Program-made: the position numbers and the translations under genes | Source: an uncultured Candidatus Saccharibacteria bacterium | GTDB taxonomy: Bacteria; Patescibacteriota; Saccharimonadia; Saccharimonadales; CAYVSP01 | NCBI GenBank assembly: GCA_964584265.1 | Contig: CAZOZI010000001.1 | Location: 1,623 to 65,622 of the forward strand | Reading direction: 5' to 3' | Length of the DNA: 64,000 bases | Notes under the pieces: generated by a model | Seen by the model: only the letters and a program-made list of their open reading frames with translations | What the model was told of the DNA's origin: nothing | The model's database searches: none | Shown: positions 1 through 10,474 of the stretch, piece after piece | How the letters are laid out: each line of letters begins with the position of its first letter | Position numbering within the stretch: the stretch's first letter is position 1

Positions 1-491
1 GGTGGCCGGAATCGGCCCAAGCCGATTTGCACTTAATGGATAAAGCCCCGCTTGAGAAATTGGACATAGCTATTAGTTTGAAACCAAGACTGGTAGTCGT
101 GCATGCCGAGGCAAGCGGTAATTTTGTGGAAATGGCTCGCAAACTGCATGAGAGGGGCATAAAAGCCGGCGTAGCACTACTGCAAAAAACCAAGCCAGAT
201 GCAATAAAAGCTGGTCTGGAGCATATTGACCATGTGCTGATTTTCTCTGGTAAATTAGGCTACTTCGGCGGAACAGCAGACCTAAAATTGCTGAACAAAG
301 TAAAAAAGCTTAAAAAGTGGAAAGCTTCACTTGAAATAGGCTGGGACGGCGGCATAGATGACAGCAATATTGGGCGTCTCATTGAAGGCGGTGTTGATGT
401 GCTTAACGTTGGTGGCTTCATTCAGAAAAGCCCCAGCCCAGCTAACGCTTATGCTACACTTTATAGGATAGCTAACAAGATAAAAACATGA
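1..491 (+). CDS. rpe: ribulose-phosphate 3-epimerase, C-terminal part (5' end outside window)
   Basis: ORF 27..491 continues in frame to the window edge. C-terminal region (FGGTADLKLL...IGWDGGIDDSNIGRLIEGGVDVLNVGG) matches the Rpe TIM-barrel C-terminus. Followed by tkt genes. Confidence 0.75.
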   Translation, partial: WPESAQADLHLMDKAPLEKLDIAISLKPRLVVVHAEASGNFVEMARKLHERGIKAGVALLQKTKPDAIKAGLEHIDHVLIFSGKLGYFGGTADLKLLNKVKKLKKWKASLEIGWDGGIDDSNIGRLIEGGVDVLNVGGFIQKSPSPANAYATLYRIANKIKT

Positions 492-1342
492 AAAAGCTGA
501 GTATCAAACAACTGGAACTTAAGGCTAATGAAATCCGCGAGGACATCATTAGGATGTTGGAAACAGCCGGTAGTGGGCACAGTGCCGGACCTTTAGGTCT
601 AACCGATATTTTTACAGCGCTTTATTTTGACATTCTCAAGCATGACCCCAAAAAGCCTGATTGGGCGCAGCGTGACATCCTGCTGCTCAGCAACGGCCAC
701 TGTGTACCGGTGCGCTATGCCACTATGGCTCATGCGGGTTATTTTGAGCGTAAAGAACTCCTGACATTACGTAAGTTAGGTTCACGGCTGCAAGGACATC
801 CAGAACGGCTAAAACTACCTGGTCTTGAGAATACCAGTGGTCCCCTTGGCTGCGGCCTAAGCCAAGCTTGCGGTATAGCACTAGCTATGCGCATGAATAA
901 AGAAGCTCATCGTTGGGTTTACGTGGTTATGAGCGACGGTGAACAAGACGAAGGTAATGTCTGGGAAGCGGCGTTACTAGCGCACAAGTACAAGCTCAAT
1001 AATGTTATTGCCATAACTGACCGCAACAACATCCAAATTGACGGGCCTACAGAAGTTGTAATGCCGCTTGATGATCTCAAAGATAAATGGGAGAGCTTCG
1101 GCTGGCATGTGCTTGAGATTGACGGCAACGATATAGAGGCTGTGATTGATGCTTGTGCTATGGCGCGTGCGATAGTTGAAAAGCCGGTCATGATATTGGC
1201 CCATACCATCCCGGGCAAAGGGGTTGATTTTATGGAATATGATTTCCACTGGCATGGTGCTCCGCCGAATCATGAAGAAGCCAAAAAAGCACTACATGAA
1301 CTGCGTACTTTGCAGGGGCGGATTAGGAGCGAACATCAGTAA
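488..1342 (+). CDS. tkt: transketolase, N-terminal (TPP-binding) subunit
   Basis: GHSAGPLGLTDIFTALYF and GHCVPVRYA motifs typical of the transketolase N-terminal domain. 284 aa is a split-gene form. Overlaps rpe stop. Confidence 0.9.
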   Translation: MKKLSIKQLELKANEIREDIIRMLETAGSGHSAGPLGLTDIFTALYFDILKHDPKKPDWAQRDILLLSNGHCVPVRYATMAHAGYFERKELLTLRKLGSRLQGHPERLKLPGLENTSGPLGCGLSQACGIALAMRMNKEAHRWVYVVMSDGEQDEGNVWEAALLAHKYKLNNVIAITDRNNIQIDGPTEVVMPLDDLKDKWESFGWHVLEIDGNDIEAVIDACAMARAIVEKPVMILAHTIPGKGVDFMEYDFHWHGAPPNHEEAKKALHELRTLQGRIRSEHQ

Positions 1343-2328
1343 TGACACATCTAATTGCTAATGTTATGGCCAAAGACATAAAGACCGAGCCGATCCGGGC
1401 CGGTTTTGGCCGCGGCCTGCTTGAAGCCGGTAAGCGTGATGAACAAGTAGTGGCTGCATGCGCTGATTTGACTGAATCAACCAAAATGAACCAGTTTGCC
1501 GAAGCATTTCCAGATCGCTTTGTTGAAGTTGGTGTGGCCGAGCAAAACCTGGTAACGGTTGGTTCGGGCATGGCGGCCATGGGCAAGATTCCTTTTGTAA
1601 GTAGTTACGCCGCTTTTAGTCCGGGCCGTAACTGGGAACAGATTAGAACCACCATATGTCTCAATGATCGACCAGTCAAAATTATCGGTTCGCACGCTGG
1701 TGTTTCAGTCGGCCCAGACGGGGCAACGCACCAAATGCTCGAAGATATCGCGCTTATGCGCGCATTACCTAACATGGTCGTGCTGGCTCCCTGTGATAGT
1801 GTGGAGACCGAAAAAGCTACCTTGGCTATGGCTAAAGACAAACGCCCGAACTATATGCGTTTAGCGCGGGAAGCAACACCCATTATTACTACGCCAGCTG
1901 CGTCATTTGAAATTGGCCGAGCTTATGTATTGGATAAGGGTAGTGATGTGAGCTTAATCACAACAGGTACTATGACCTATCACGCCCTTGTAGCAGCCGA
2001 GCGACTTTTTAAAGACGGTATTGATGCAGAGGTTGTACATGTACCGACCATTAAGCCGCTTGATAAAGAAGTAATTGTGGCTAGTGCCAGGCGTACCAAA
2101 GCCGTCATTACGGTTGAAGAAGGCCAAATTATCGGCGGCTTGGGTGGAGCGATAGCGGAACTGTTAAGCGAAGAGTATCCAGTACCTATTAAACGTCTAG
2201 GCATGCAGGACCGTTTCGGCGAATCGGGTCAGCCGGAAGAACTACTGGAGCATTTTGGATTGACCGCTAAGCATATTGCACTTAGTGCACATTGGCTGGT
2301 TGGCCAGAAAGCTAAACATGGCCGTTGA
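1342..2328 (+). CDS. tkt: transketolase, C-terminal (pyrimidine-binding) subunit
   Basis: TAATG coupling with the N-terminal subunit. 328 aa with Tkt pyrimidine-binding and C-terminal domain signatures (VGVAEQNLV, GATHQMLEDIALMR). Confidence 0.9.
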   Translation: MTHLIANVMAKDIKTEPIRAGFGRGLLEAGKRDEQVVAACADLTESTKMNQFAEAFPDRFVEVGVAEQNLVTVGSGMAAMGKIPFVSSYAAFSPGRNWEQIRTTICLNDRPVKIIGSHAGVSVGPDGATHQMLEDIALMRALPNMVVLAPCDSVETEKATLAMAKDKRPNYMRLAREATPIITTPAASFEIGRAYVLDKGSDVSLITTGTMTYHALVAAERLFKDGIDAEVVHVPTIKPLDKEVIVASARRTKAVITVEEGQIIGGLGGAIAELLSEEYPVPIKRLGMQDRFGESGQPEELLEHFGLTAKHIALSAHWLVGQKAKHGR

Positions 2329-3229
2329 TATAAAACAAATTAGGGCTAACTGTCAGAAAGCGCGTGCAGCTTTTGAACGCGCCAGCAAGGAGCACTTTGC
2401 ACTTGGGGCGTTCAATCTCGATAACCAAGAAACCTTGAAGGCTGTTGCTCAAGCAGCGGCAAGCAAAAAGGCGCCAGTGTTGGTTGAAGTCAGCAAAGGT
2501 GAGGTTGATGCGCTCGGGCTTGATAATGTACGTGACATGGTTGACAACTATAAAGCCGATTATGGCATAGAGATGTACATTAACCTGGATCATTCCCCAT
2601 CTGTCAGCGATGCAATAGATGCTATTGTAGCTGGGTTTGAGTGCATCCATATTGATATTTCCCAGGCAAACCATGAAGCTTCACTCGATGACATAATTGA
2701 AGCGACCAAACAGGTTGTTCAGGCGGCTAAATTGACTGGGGCGCTGGTGGAAAGTGAACCGCACTATTTTGGCGGCAGCTCTAACTTGCATAAAGAAAAA
2801 ATTGACTACAGCGAAATTAAGAAAACCTTTACTAAACCAGAAGACGCCAAGCATTTTGTTGAGATGACCGGTATTGACACTTACGCTGCTGCCATTGGCA
2901 ATCTTCATGGTCAATATCCAGTGCCTAAGATGCTTGATTTAGAACTGTTACAAAAAGTACGCGATTCACTTAAATGTTATATAAGCTTGCACGGCGGCAG
3001 TGGCACGCCCGGTCATTATTTTGTCGATGCCATTAAGATTGGCGTTAGCAAGATTAACATAAACTCTGACATGCGCGTGGCCTATCGCAAAACGCTAGAA
3101 GAAGTGCTTAAAGCAGAACCCGATGAATATGCTGTCGTGAAGCTTATGAACAAGGTAATTAATGCAGTTCAAACAGTAGTGGAAGAAAAGATTGATATGT
3201 TTAATGCCAGCGGAAAGGCTGAAATATAA
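2318..3229 (+). CDS. fba: class II fructose-bisphosphate aldolase family protein
   Basis: ALGAFNLDNQE...LVEVSKGE...LDHS...LHGGSG motifs of class II FBA / tagatose-bisphosphate aldolase. Start chosen at internal ATG 2318 (MAVDIKQI); the track ORF starts at 2276 inside tkt. Confidence 0.85.
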   Translation: MAVDIKQIRANCQKARAAFERASKEHFALGAFNLDNQETLKAVAQAAASKKAPVLVEVSKGEVDALGLDNVRDMVDNYKADYGIEMYINLDHSPSVSDAIDAIVAGFECIHIDISQANHEASLDDIIEATKQVVQAAKLTGALVESEPHYFGGSSNLHKEKIDYSEIKKTFTKPEDAKHFVEMTGIDTYAAAIGNLHGQYPVPKMLDLELLQKVRDSLKCYISLHGGSGTPGHYFVDAIKIGVSKININSDMRVAYRKTLEEVLKAEPDEYAVVKLMNKVINAVQTVVEEKIDMFNASGKAEI

Positions 3230-3588
3230 TGTTTTTTTTGGCACTTGTTAAGTTGGCAAACGATTCTGAGGATTTAGATTTTTTTTCAAGGGAAATAATC
3301 GTTGCATTTTATATATTCGTAATAATTGCACTTTTAATATTTTCTTTAAATTTTGTACATGTTTTTTCAAGTAGTAAAAAAATAACTGCAAAACAGAAAA
3401 AAATTAGCCTCTGGGCACCTTTAATAACAATAATTAGTTTTGTAATATGGTTACTTTTCTCAACTACCTTAGATAGGCAACATACCAACAACATTACAAC
3501 CGTGCTCGGGCTCATAACATTGTTAATGTTTATTTCTAGCCTATTGTTGGCAGTATTGATAAAATTATCTTTGAGAAATAAGAAGTAA
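3229..3588 (+). CDS. hypothetical small membrane protein (3-4 predicted TM helices), very AT-rich
   Basis: 119-aa ORF abutting the fba stop. Strongly hydrophobic (FYIFVIIALLIFSL, LITIISFVIWLLF, LGLITLLMFISSLLLAVLI). Local GC is clearly lower than flanks. Confidence 0.45.
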   Translation: MFFLALVKLANDSEDLDFFSREIIVAFYIFVIIALLIFSLNFVHVFSSSKKITAKQKKISLWAPLITIISFVIWLLFSTTLDRQHTNNITTVLGLITLLMFISSLLLAVLIKLSLRNKK

Positions 3589-3605
3589 AAAATGAAAGCG
3601 GTGGG

Positions 3606-4613
3606 ATGACCGGAAATCAAAACTTTGATGTGCTTTGCGTAGGTGATGTCGTAACAGACGCCTTTATAAAATTGTTAGATGACCAGGCTAAAGCAACCAA
3701 AGATGAAGATGGTAAATGGCTCACTATTCCTTTTGGAGTCAAAATCCCATTTGATCACGCCGAGATTATTGAGGCGGTCGGGAATGCTAGTAACGCCGCT
3801 GTGGCGATGGCTCGACTAGGTCTCAAAAGTGGTTTTGTAACTAACGTTGGTGGTGATCAATACGGACGAGACATAATTGCCAGTTTACATAAGGATAAAG
3901 TCGACACTCGTTTTATACGAATTAACCCGGACAAGATTAGCAATTATCACTATGTGCTTTGGTACAAAGAAGAGCGGACTATTCTTATAAAGCACGAAGA
4001 ATATGAATACCAGTGGCCGCATTTCCGCCCTTCTGAGATGCCAGAGTGGATATATTTCAGCTCAATTAGTGAGCATGCGCTAGATATGCATGATGATATC
4101 GCTGACTGGTTAGCAGCGAATCCAGACGTTAAAATGGCTTTCCAACCTGGCACATTCCAAATTGATATGGGTGTTAGACGCTTAGCAAAGCTGTATAAAC
4201 ATACTGAAGTCTTGATAGTTAATCGCGAAGAGGCAACAGAATTATCTGGTGGCGACCACGGCAATCTGCACAGCTTGCTAGATAAATTGCACGCCTTAGG
4301 GCCACGTATAGTAGTAATCACTGATGGGCCAGATGGCGCCTATGCCAGCGATGGCCAGCGCCGTCTTAAAATGCCGGCTTACCCAGACCCAAAGCCGCCG
4401 TTTGAGCGCACCGGGGCCGGTGATGCATTCTCAGCAACCTTTGTAGCGGCACTTATGAAGGGCAGTAATATTGATGGTGCTTTGCAATGGGGGCCAATTA
4501 ACTCCATGAGTGTCGTACAACAAGTTGGTGCTCAAAAGGGACTTCTGTCGCAGCGACAGCTCGGCGAATATTTGGAACGCTCACCTGACTGGTATAAGCC
4601 GCAGCCCTTCTAG
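3606..4613 (+). CDS. PfkB-family carbohydrate/nucleoside kinase (ribokinase-like)
   Basis: C-terminal PfkB signature ERTGAGDAFSATFVAALMKG. N-terminal GDVVTDAF sugar-binding region. 335 aa. Confidence 0.8.
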   Translation: MTGNQNFDVLCVGDVVTDAFIKLLDDQAKATKDEDGKWLTIPFGVKIPFDHAEIIEAVGNASNAAVAMARLGLKSGFVTNVGGDQYGRDIIASLHKDKVDTRFIRINPDKISNYHYVLWYKEERTILIKHEEYEYQWPHFRPSEMPEWIYFSSISEHALDMHDDIADWLAANPDVKMAFQPGTFQIDMGVRRLAKLYKHTEVLIVNREEATELSGGDHGNLHSLLDKLHALGPRIVVITDGPDGAYASDGQRRLKMPAYPDPKPPFERTGAGDAFSATFVAALMKGSNIDGALQWGPINSMSVVQQVGAQKGLLSQRQLGEYLERSPDWYKPQPF

Positions 4614-4727
4614 CGAGTATTCTCTGGACGATGCTACCCGTAGGTGTTATGCTTATGTTAAAGGCTGGAATAAAAAGATGTGTAAAAACCAATTCCACGT
4701 ACAATCTAATAAATACGAGGCAGCGTT

Positions 4728-5975
4728 GTGTCTAAGTTGCTAGCTGAGTTACTCGGTAGTCCTGAGCCGGCTTTTAGCTTGCAATTGCAAGAACTAGAAA
4801 AGGCCTGTGGTCATCCCGGCGCTGACGTGCGCCTAACAGCCGATGTATTGCAGAAAGCGCATCAAGCTGTGCGAAGCCTAGGTTTAGATCCTGCTGATAC
4901 CACTGCCAAGGAACTCTACCACGCGCTGATGTTACGAGTAGAACGGGATGAAAAGACGCTGCGCAAGCAGCTAGGCATAAGTGAAAAATCATCACTGCAA
5001 GATCTTGTTCCTCAGACTATTAAATTATTCGAACAGTTAAAGTTACCTCGCGGTGTCTGGGTACTGAAAAATAGCGTCGCTAAACGCCTTATTCATGCAC
5101 ACCCGCCAAAGCATCTTATGAAACAGCTCGGTTATCGTTCACTGGATTCTTTGTTAAAACGAGAAATGCCGGCCGCGATTATAGCGGCTGGGCTTGTCTG
5201 TGAAGATAGCACATGGCGAGAGCGATTCCATATGAAGTACAAACAATTGAAAGCAACTGACTACGAAATGCGCAATGTCCAACTGGTGTTGCTCAATTCC
5301 AAAAGGTGGCAACAATTTTTTGATAAACAACCAAGCCTAAAGCGACGTCTGATTCTGCCAGTCCCTGAACTAGGCACGTTAGTTATACTACCTATGGACG
5401 CGACAGTGCTACCGGGTGCCGGTTTCGCACTATTCTTGGCGCTGGCATATCACATCAACAAACTTCGCTCGCTCAGTGCCCAGGTCAAGCTACAGCAGGT
5501 TAAACCACAATTTGGTAGTAAGGCTTTGGCGATTTGGAATGGCCAGAACCTACCCTTAGCTCTCGTTGCCAACCAGCCTATTCATTTTGATGTATTGCAG
5601 CGCTATGTTGCCAGTGTTTCGCCTTCTTTGTACCCGGAACTACTTGATCCTTATATGCAACTAGAAGATTTGGAGCAAATATCTCCGGAAACGCTGCTAG
5701 TTAGTGTTGATCCAAGTTTCAGTTTTTGGCAGGGTATTAGTGCTAGTGGTAGCAATAGTAGCGACGGACCCGTGTCGCTGCATGCCCTTGATGCCGCCGC
5801 CAGCTTCTGTAATAAGTTGGCATTTGAGAAACGCTCACTTGGCTATATGCGCGAAGCGCTTGAGCAAGAATTGCTGTTTCGCTACGTACGAACACCGCGG
5901 GTACTGGAGGATGTGCTGAAAAGGATAGAAACAGACACAATACCAACAACATCTATGCTTGGAGTATTTGCATGA
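4728..5975 (+). CDS. hypothetical protein (415 aa), no recognisable motif
   Basis: Long ORF with GTG start preceded by GAGG. Tightly coupled (ATGA overlap) to the downstream LOG-like gene. Confidence 0.6.
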   Translation: MSKLLAELLGSPEPAFSLQLQELEKACGHPGADVRLTADVLQKAHQAVRSLGLDPADTTAKELYHALMLRVERDEKTLRKQLGISEKSSLQDLVPQTIKLFEQLKLPRGVWVLKNSVAKRLIHAHPPKHLMKQLGYRSLDSLLKREMPAAIIAAGLVCEDSTWRERFHMKYKQLKATDYEMRNVQLVLLNSKRWQQFFDKQPSLKRRLILPVPELGTLVILPMDATVLPGAGFALFLALAYHINKLRSLSAQVKLQQVKPQFGSKALAIWNGQNLPLALVANQPIHFDVLQRYVASVSPSLYPELLDPYMQLEDLEQISPETLLVSVDPSFSFWQGISASGSNSSDGPVSLHALDAAASFCNKLAFEKRSLGYMREALEQELLFRYVRTPRVLEDVLKRIETDTIPTTSMLGVFA

Positions 5976-6619
5976 TGGCGGCTGGCAAGAAACACACGAA
6001 GCGTCTGCAATACTCCATCTGCATCTCTGGCGCCGCTGCAGGCAAAACTGTCCTGAGAGATAAGCAGCTAGCCGAAGATCTTGGAACTGCAATCGCAAAA
6101 GCCGGCCATGTTTTGACGACTGGGGCGACCGTAGGGCTACCATACTATGCCGCATCAGGTGCTAAAAAAGCCGGTGGTACAAGCGTTGGCTTTTCGCCAG
6201 CGAGCTCGCTACGAGAGCATCTGAGGAAGTACCATCTGCCATATGAGTGCTTTGATTTCATTAATTTTACTGGCATGAATTACGTCGGCCGCGATCTGTA
6301 TCTTGTGCAATCAAGTGATGCTGTTATTACGGTCGGTGGGCGTTTCGGTAGCTTACACGAATTCACTTCTGCGCTAGAAGCTGGCAAGCCATGCGGTGTT
6401 TTAGTGGGTAGCGGCGGCACAGCAGACCTTATCCCGACACTGCTTAGAACACTTGAGCCACCACGAGATGAAATAGTGGTCTACGATGACGACCCAGAAC
6501 GACTAGTTAAGCGCATTATCAAGATTATTGATAAAGAGTACGAAGACCTGCGCGAACAGCTGGCTTCCCGTGATGAACATTGGTTCTTAGAAAAGCCAAA
6601 ACTACCTAGAACAGGCTAA
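5972..6619 (+). CDS. LOG/TIGR00725-family (SLOG Rossmann) protein
   Basis: ICISGAAAG...TTGATVGLPYYAASGAKKAGGTSVG...SSDAVITVGGRFGSLHEFTSALEAGKP matches the LOG/TIGR00725 pattern (GxGxxG ... PGGxGTxxE-like). Confidence 0.65.
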   Translation: MMAAGKKHTKRLQYSICISGAAAGKTVLRDKQLAEDLGTAIAKAGHVLTTGATVGLPYYAASGAKKAGGTSVGFSPASSLREHLRKYHLPYECFDFINFTGMNYVGRDLYLVQSSDAVITVGGRFGSLHEFTSALEAGKPCGVLVGSGGTADLIPTLLRTLEPPRDEIVVYDDDPERLVKRIIKIIDKEYEDLREQLASRDEHWFLEKPKLPRTG

Positions 6620-6650
6620 TGTTATGTATACTTCCCACAAGGAGAATTCT

Positions 6651-7319
6651 ATGAAAACAAATCAAAAAGGTTTCACAGCCATTGAAATAGTACTCATTCT
6701 AGTTATTGTCGGAGTTCTCAGCTTTGCTGGATGGTATGTTTACAACTCCCAAAAGAAGACCAATGATACCCTTAATAAAACAGCTCAAGGCCAAGGCGAG
6801 GCTCAGAAAGCAACCACAAAGGCAACACTAACTCAACCAAAAGACGAAACAGCTAATTGGCTGCTCTTTACGTCGAAGCAAAAAACCTACAGTTTTAAAG
6901 TGCCAGACGGCTGGAAGCTGACACATCAAACCGATAGTGATCTGGCTTATGCTACTGGTCAAGATCTAGCGTATAAGGCTGGTACCAAAGCCACTGTAGT
7001 AGAAACTTCCGGCGGAAGAGATGGTATATATGGCTTTTCGATTTCTTTTGACGATAACGAAGTGACTAGCACACGTAAGTTTACTGACTTTAAAAATGAA
7101 GGAACTTTTGTGACAAATACTGGTTTAAGCGGCACTAAGTATAGCATAACGTTTACTGACGAATCTCAAGGAATTGGGCCTCCTAAAGGATCGGTTGAGT
7201 ATGCTTATTACTTTGTGAAAGATGGGAAAGCTATGTATGTTGACTATATTCAGGTACCAGGCGCACCCGATTCGCTAGCGGTAGCTGAAAAGGCCATCAA
7301 GACCGCCCAACTTCTGTAG
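6651..7319 (+). CDS. type IV pilin / pseudopilin with class III (prepilin peptidase) signal
   Basis: MKTNQKG|FTAIEIVLILVIVGVL is the classical prepilin cleavage/N-methylation motif (G/FTxIE + hydrophobic helix). AAGGAG RBS at 6639-6644. No Cys pair. Confidence 0.75.
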   Translation: MKTNQKGFTAIEIVLILVIVGVLSFAGWYVYNSQKKTNDTLNKTAQGQGEAQKATTKATLTQPKDETANWLLFTSKQKTYSFKVPDGWKLTHQTDSDLAYATGQDLAYKAGTKATVVETSGGRDGIYGFSISFDDNEVTSTRKFTDFKNEGTFVTNTGLSGTKYSITFTDESQGIGPPKGSVEYAYYFVKDGKAMYVDYIQVPGAPDSLAVAEKAIKTAQLL

Positions 7320-7337
7320 ACTTGCTACAATTAAAGG

Positions 7338-9302
7338 ATGGCCTTATTTAAGCTGAACGCGGAGTTTAAGCCGACTGGTGATCAACCGGCGGCGATTGCT
7401 GCTTTATCGCAGGGTTTGAAGAAAGGTACCAAAGAGCAGGTGCTGCTTGGAGTTACTGGATCAGGCAAGACTTTCACCATGGCCAATGTTATTGCTGATA
7501 TTCAAAAACCAACTCTGGTTCTATCACATAATAAAACCCTAGCAGCTCAACTATATAGCGAGTTTAAAGCTTTTTTCCCCAACAATGCGGTGCATTATTT
7601 TGTCAGCTACTTTGATTATTATCAACCAGAAGCGTACATACCACGTTCGGACACCTACATTGAAAAAGACTCGCAGATTAATGAAGAAATCGATCGCCTA
7701 CGTCACGCGGCAACTGATGCGTTACTTTCACGTCGAGATGTGATAATTGTCGCCAGTGTTAGCTGTATCTACGGAATTGGCTCAGTTGAAGATTATGGCA
7801 ACTTAGCAGAAAGCATTAAAAAGGGTGAGCGCAAAGTCCGTGACAAGTTCTTGCGTCATTTGACTGACATCCAGTACCAGCGTAACGATATTGACTTCCA
7901 TCGTAGTACCTTCCGGGTGCGCGGTGATGTAGTAGATGTTTTCCCAGCTGGCGAAGAAATGGCCTATCGAATTGAGTTTTTTGGCGATGAGGTTGAGCGC
8001 ATTACTAGGATTGACCCGCTGACCGGCGAAATTTTATCAAACCTTGATGAGCTAAGAATCTTCCCAAGTAGTCACTACGTTACGCCCGAGACCAAACTTA
8101 AAGCGGCGCTGGGCAGTATTCAGAGTGAACTTGATGAAAGACTCGCCTGGTTCAATAAGCAAGGTAAGTTGCTTGAGGCTCAGCGTCTGCAGCAAAGAAC
8201 TAAATTTGATCTGGAGATGATGGAAGAAACCGGTTTTGTAAAGGGCATTGAGAACTATAGCCGATACCTCACCAATCGAGAGCCCGGTGAACAACCAGCC
8301 ACGCTGCTGGATTATTTCCCAGATGATTACTTGTTGTTTATTGATGAATCTCACATGACGATGCCACAAGTGAGGGGTATGTACAACGGTGATCGAGCAC
8401 GCAAAGAAGTGCTTGTGGAGCATGGTTTTAGGCTTCCGAGTGCGCTTGATAACAGGCCACTAACGTTCACCGAATTTGAACGGCATATCAACAAAGTTGT
8501 CTACGTTAGTGCTACACCGGCCGACTATGAATTATCCCGAAGCTCCAAACCTATTGAACAGGTAATACGCCCGACCGGACTACTTGATCCTCAAATTGAA
8601 GTTCGTTCCATTGAAGGCCAAATTGACGATTTAATTTCGGAAATTAAAAGGACCGTCGATAAACGCCAACGCGTATTGGTCACCACGCTCACTAAACGTA
8701 TGTCCGAAGATTTGACAGAGTATCTCAAGGAACTGGACATTAAAGTAACATATCTGCATAGCGATGTTGAAACACTGGAGCGTACTGATATTTTGCGTGA
8801 TTTACGCTTAGGAGTTTATGACGTTGTGGTAGGCATCAACTTGCTTCGCGAAGGCCTAGACTTGCCAGAAGTGAGTGTAGTAGCCATTTTAGATGCTGAT
8901 AAAGAAGGTTTTTTACGAAGCGAGCAGGCACTTATACAGACTGTGGGCCGGGCAGCCCGGCATATTGAGGGACGGGTACTAATGTACGCCGATCATATAA
9001 CTGGTAGCATGAAACGAACCATTGATGAAACGAACCGCCGCCGCAAAATTCAAGAAAATTACAACCAGGAACACGGCATTACACCAACAGGTATTTCTAA
9101 GACAATTGAAAAGGGCTTAAGACCGGATCTACCCGAAGAAGCTAAGAGGGCTAGATTGGATCTTAAGAAAATACCCAAAGATGAATACGGACATCTGATC
9201 AAAGATCTAACATCTCAGATGGAACTAGCATCAGCCAATTTAGAATTCGAAAAAGCTTCCGAGCTGCGCGACATCATTGCGGATATTAAAAGTAAGCTTT
9301 AA
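7338..9302 (+). CDS. uvrB: excinuclease ABC subunit B
   Basis: 654 aa. Walker [11 protein letters not shown], UvrB helicase motifs, C-terminal UVR domain ([23 protein letters not shown]). Confidence 0.95.
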   Translation: MALFKLNAEFKPTGDQPAAIAALSQGLKKGTKEQVLLGVTGSGKTFTMANVIADIQKPTLVLSHNKTLAAQLYSEFKAFFPNNAVHYFVSYFDYYQPEAYIPRSDTYIEKDSQINEEIDRLRHAATDALLSRRDVIIVASVSCIYGIGSVEDYGNLAESIKKGERKVRDKFLRHLTDIQYQRNDIDFHRSTFRVRGDVVDVFPAGEEMAYRIEFFGDEVERITRIDPLTGEILSNLDELRIFPSSHYVTPETKLKAALGSIQSELDERLAWFNKQGKLLEAQRLQQRTKFDLEMMEETGFVKGIENYSRYLTNREPGEQPATLLDYFPDDYLLFIDESHMTMPQVRGMYNGDRARKEVLVEHGFRLPSALDNRPLTFTEFERHINKVVYVSATPADYELSRSSKPIEQVIRPTGLLDPQIEVRSIEGQIDDLISEIKRTVDKRQRVLVTTLTKRMSEDLTEYLKELDIKVTYLHSDVETLERTDILRDLRLGVYDVVVGINLLREGLDLPEVSVVAILDADKEGFLRSEQALIQTVGRAARHIEGRVLMYADHITGSMKRTIDETNRRRKIQENYNQEHGITPTGISKTIEKGLRPDLPEEAKRARLDLKKIPKDEYGHLIKDLTSQMELASANLEFEKASELRDIIADIKSKL

Positions 9303-10375
9303 GCGGCCTCTGCAAGGTGGACATTTTTAAAATCAATCGCTTTGACGTTGTCATCAACACGCACAAGTTCATCCCGCAAACCTCGTTGTCGAGTCAGCCA
9401 CTCCTGGTAAATCTCTTCACTAATGCAGTCTAGGTGACCGCCATGCTGTGATTGAGTTGGCATGCTATTGTCTACCACAACTCCTGGATAATCTTCGAAG
9501 TCGGCCGCCCACTTTTCTCCTTGACTCATAATATCGCCTGGCAGGTTTCGGAGGTGCATCATAGCATTTTTTCTATTTATCAATCTTCCCCAATGCCCTG
9601 TTTCGTCGCTGATAAGTACCGGTATAGATCGTACACCCGAATGAATACCCTGCCAGCTAAGATCAACAGTCTTTCGGTACTTAAGCAAATAAGGTAAAGC
9701 AATTCCGCCAAGGTGTCGTCTTAGTGCATCAAGCTCATTGCCGGGCTGACGGCGCATCTCTCTAATAAGTTTCAATGACAAGCCCTCATTAAAACAAGTC
9801 ACAATTAGATCACTATATAATACATTCATACCATTAGCTGGCGATAAAGCCTTGAAAGCCATGCCTTTCATACCGGCTTGTGAAATTCCGCTATAACTTG
9901 TTACGTCCGGTTCTTGTTCATGTTCTTCTTGAAGCGCCCTGACTATCTGAAGCATATTATGGCCACTACGCCCAATTCCTAGTTGTCTAAATCTTAGCTC
10001 GGTGCTTATAAAGTTTACTGGGCGGCCTTCCCCCAACACGGCAAGCATCATGCGTTTATTAATCCCGCCGATGCGAGTAAATAAAGCAGTTGTCATTGCT
10101 TCTGAAACATCTGTTGTGCGCTCAATAGGCTCACCAGTTTTTGTAAGATACTCTGTTCCATCAGTCATAACGATGCGTCTGGTCGTAATTTGTCCAACTT
10201 TATATGGGGTCGGCTCTTTAACAACATCCATTGATTTGATTCGGGCGTCGAAAGGGTCAATGACTAATGGTGAGTATGAGTGTAAAACATCGGGTTCTTC
10301 GTATGCTTGTTCACCGCACTCAACCAAGTATTCCGCTGGTAGAAGCTCAGATGTAGGGGTGTTTGTCAGAGCCAT
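9299..10375 (-). CDS. hypothetical protein (358-376 aa; alternative GTG start at 10429)
   Basis: Long minus-strand ORF convergent with uvrB and divergent from gatC. No confident family assignment. Confidence 0.55.
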   Translation of the reverse strand: MALTNTPTSELLPAEYLVECGEQAYEEPDVLHSYSPLVIDPFDARIKSMDVVKEPTPYKVGQITTRRIVMTDGTEYLTKTGEPIERTTDVSEAMTTALFTRIGGINKRMMLAVLGEGRPVNFISTELRFRQLGIGRSGHNMLQIVRALQEEHEQEPDVTSYSGISQAGMKGMAFKALSPANGMNVLYSDLIVTCFNEGLSLKLIREMRRQPGNELDALRRHLGGIALPYLLKYRKTVDLSWQGIHSGVRSIPVLISDETGHWGRLINRKNAMMHLRNLPGDIMSQGEKWAADFEDYPGVVVDNSMPTQSQHGGHLDCISEEIYQEWLTRQRGLRDELVRVDDNVKAIDFKNVHLAEAA

Positions 10376-10474
10376 TTCATTACTTTGTCTGTTAGAAATC
10401 TCGCTTATTCTTATCGTATGCCTCAACACAAGCTTTGTAAAGCACGATTTAACAGTTTTGATATACTTATGTAA

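Noticed and set aside
9299-10429. Possible arginine/agmatine deiminase (amidinotransferase) fold in the 376-aa protein (FTR, MHL and GGHLDC tripeptide resemblances)
   Set aside because: Order and spacing of the putative motifs do not match the ADI/AguA catalytic residues, and the key Asp residues are absent. Treated as unassigned.
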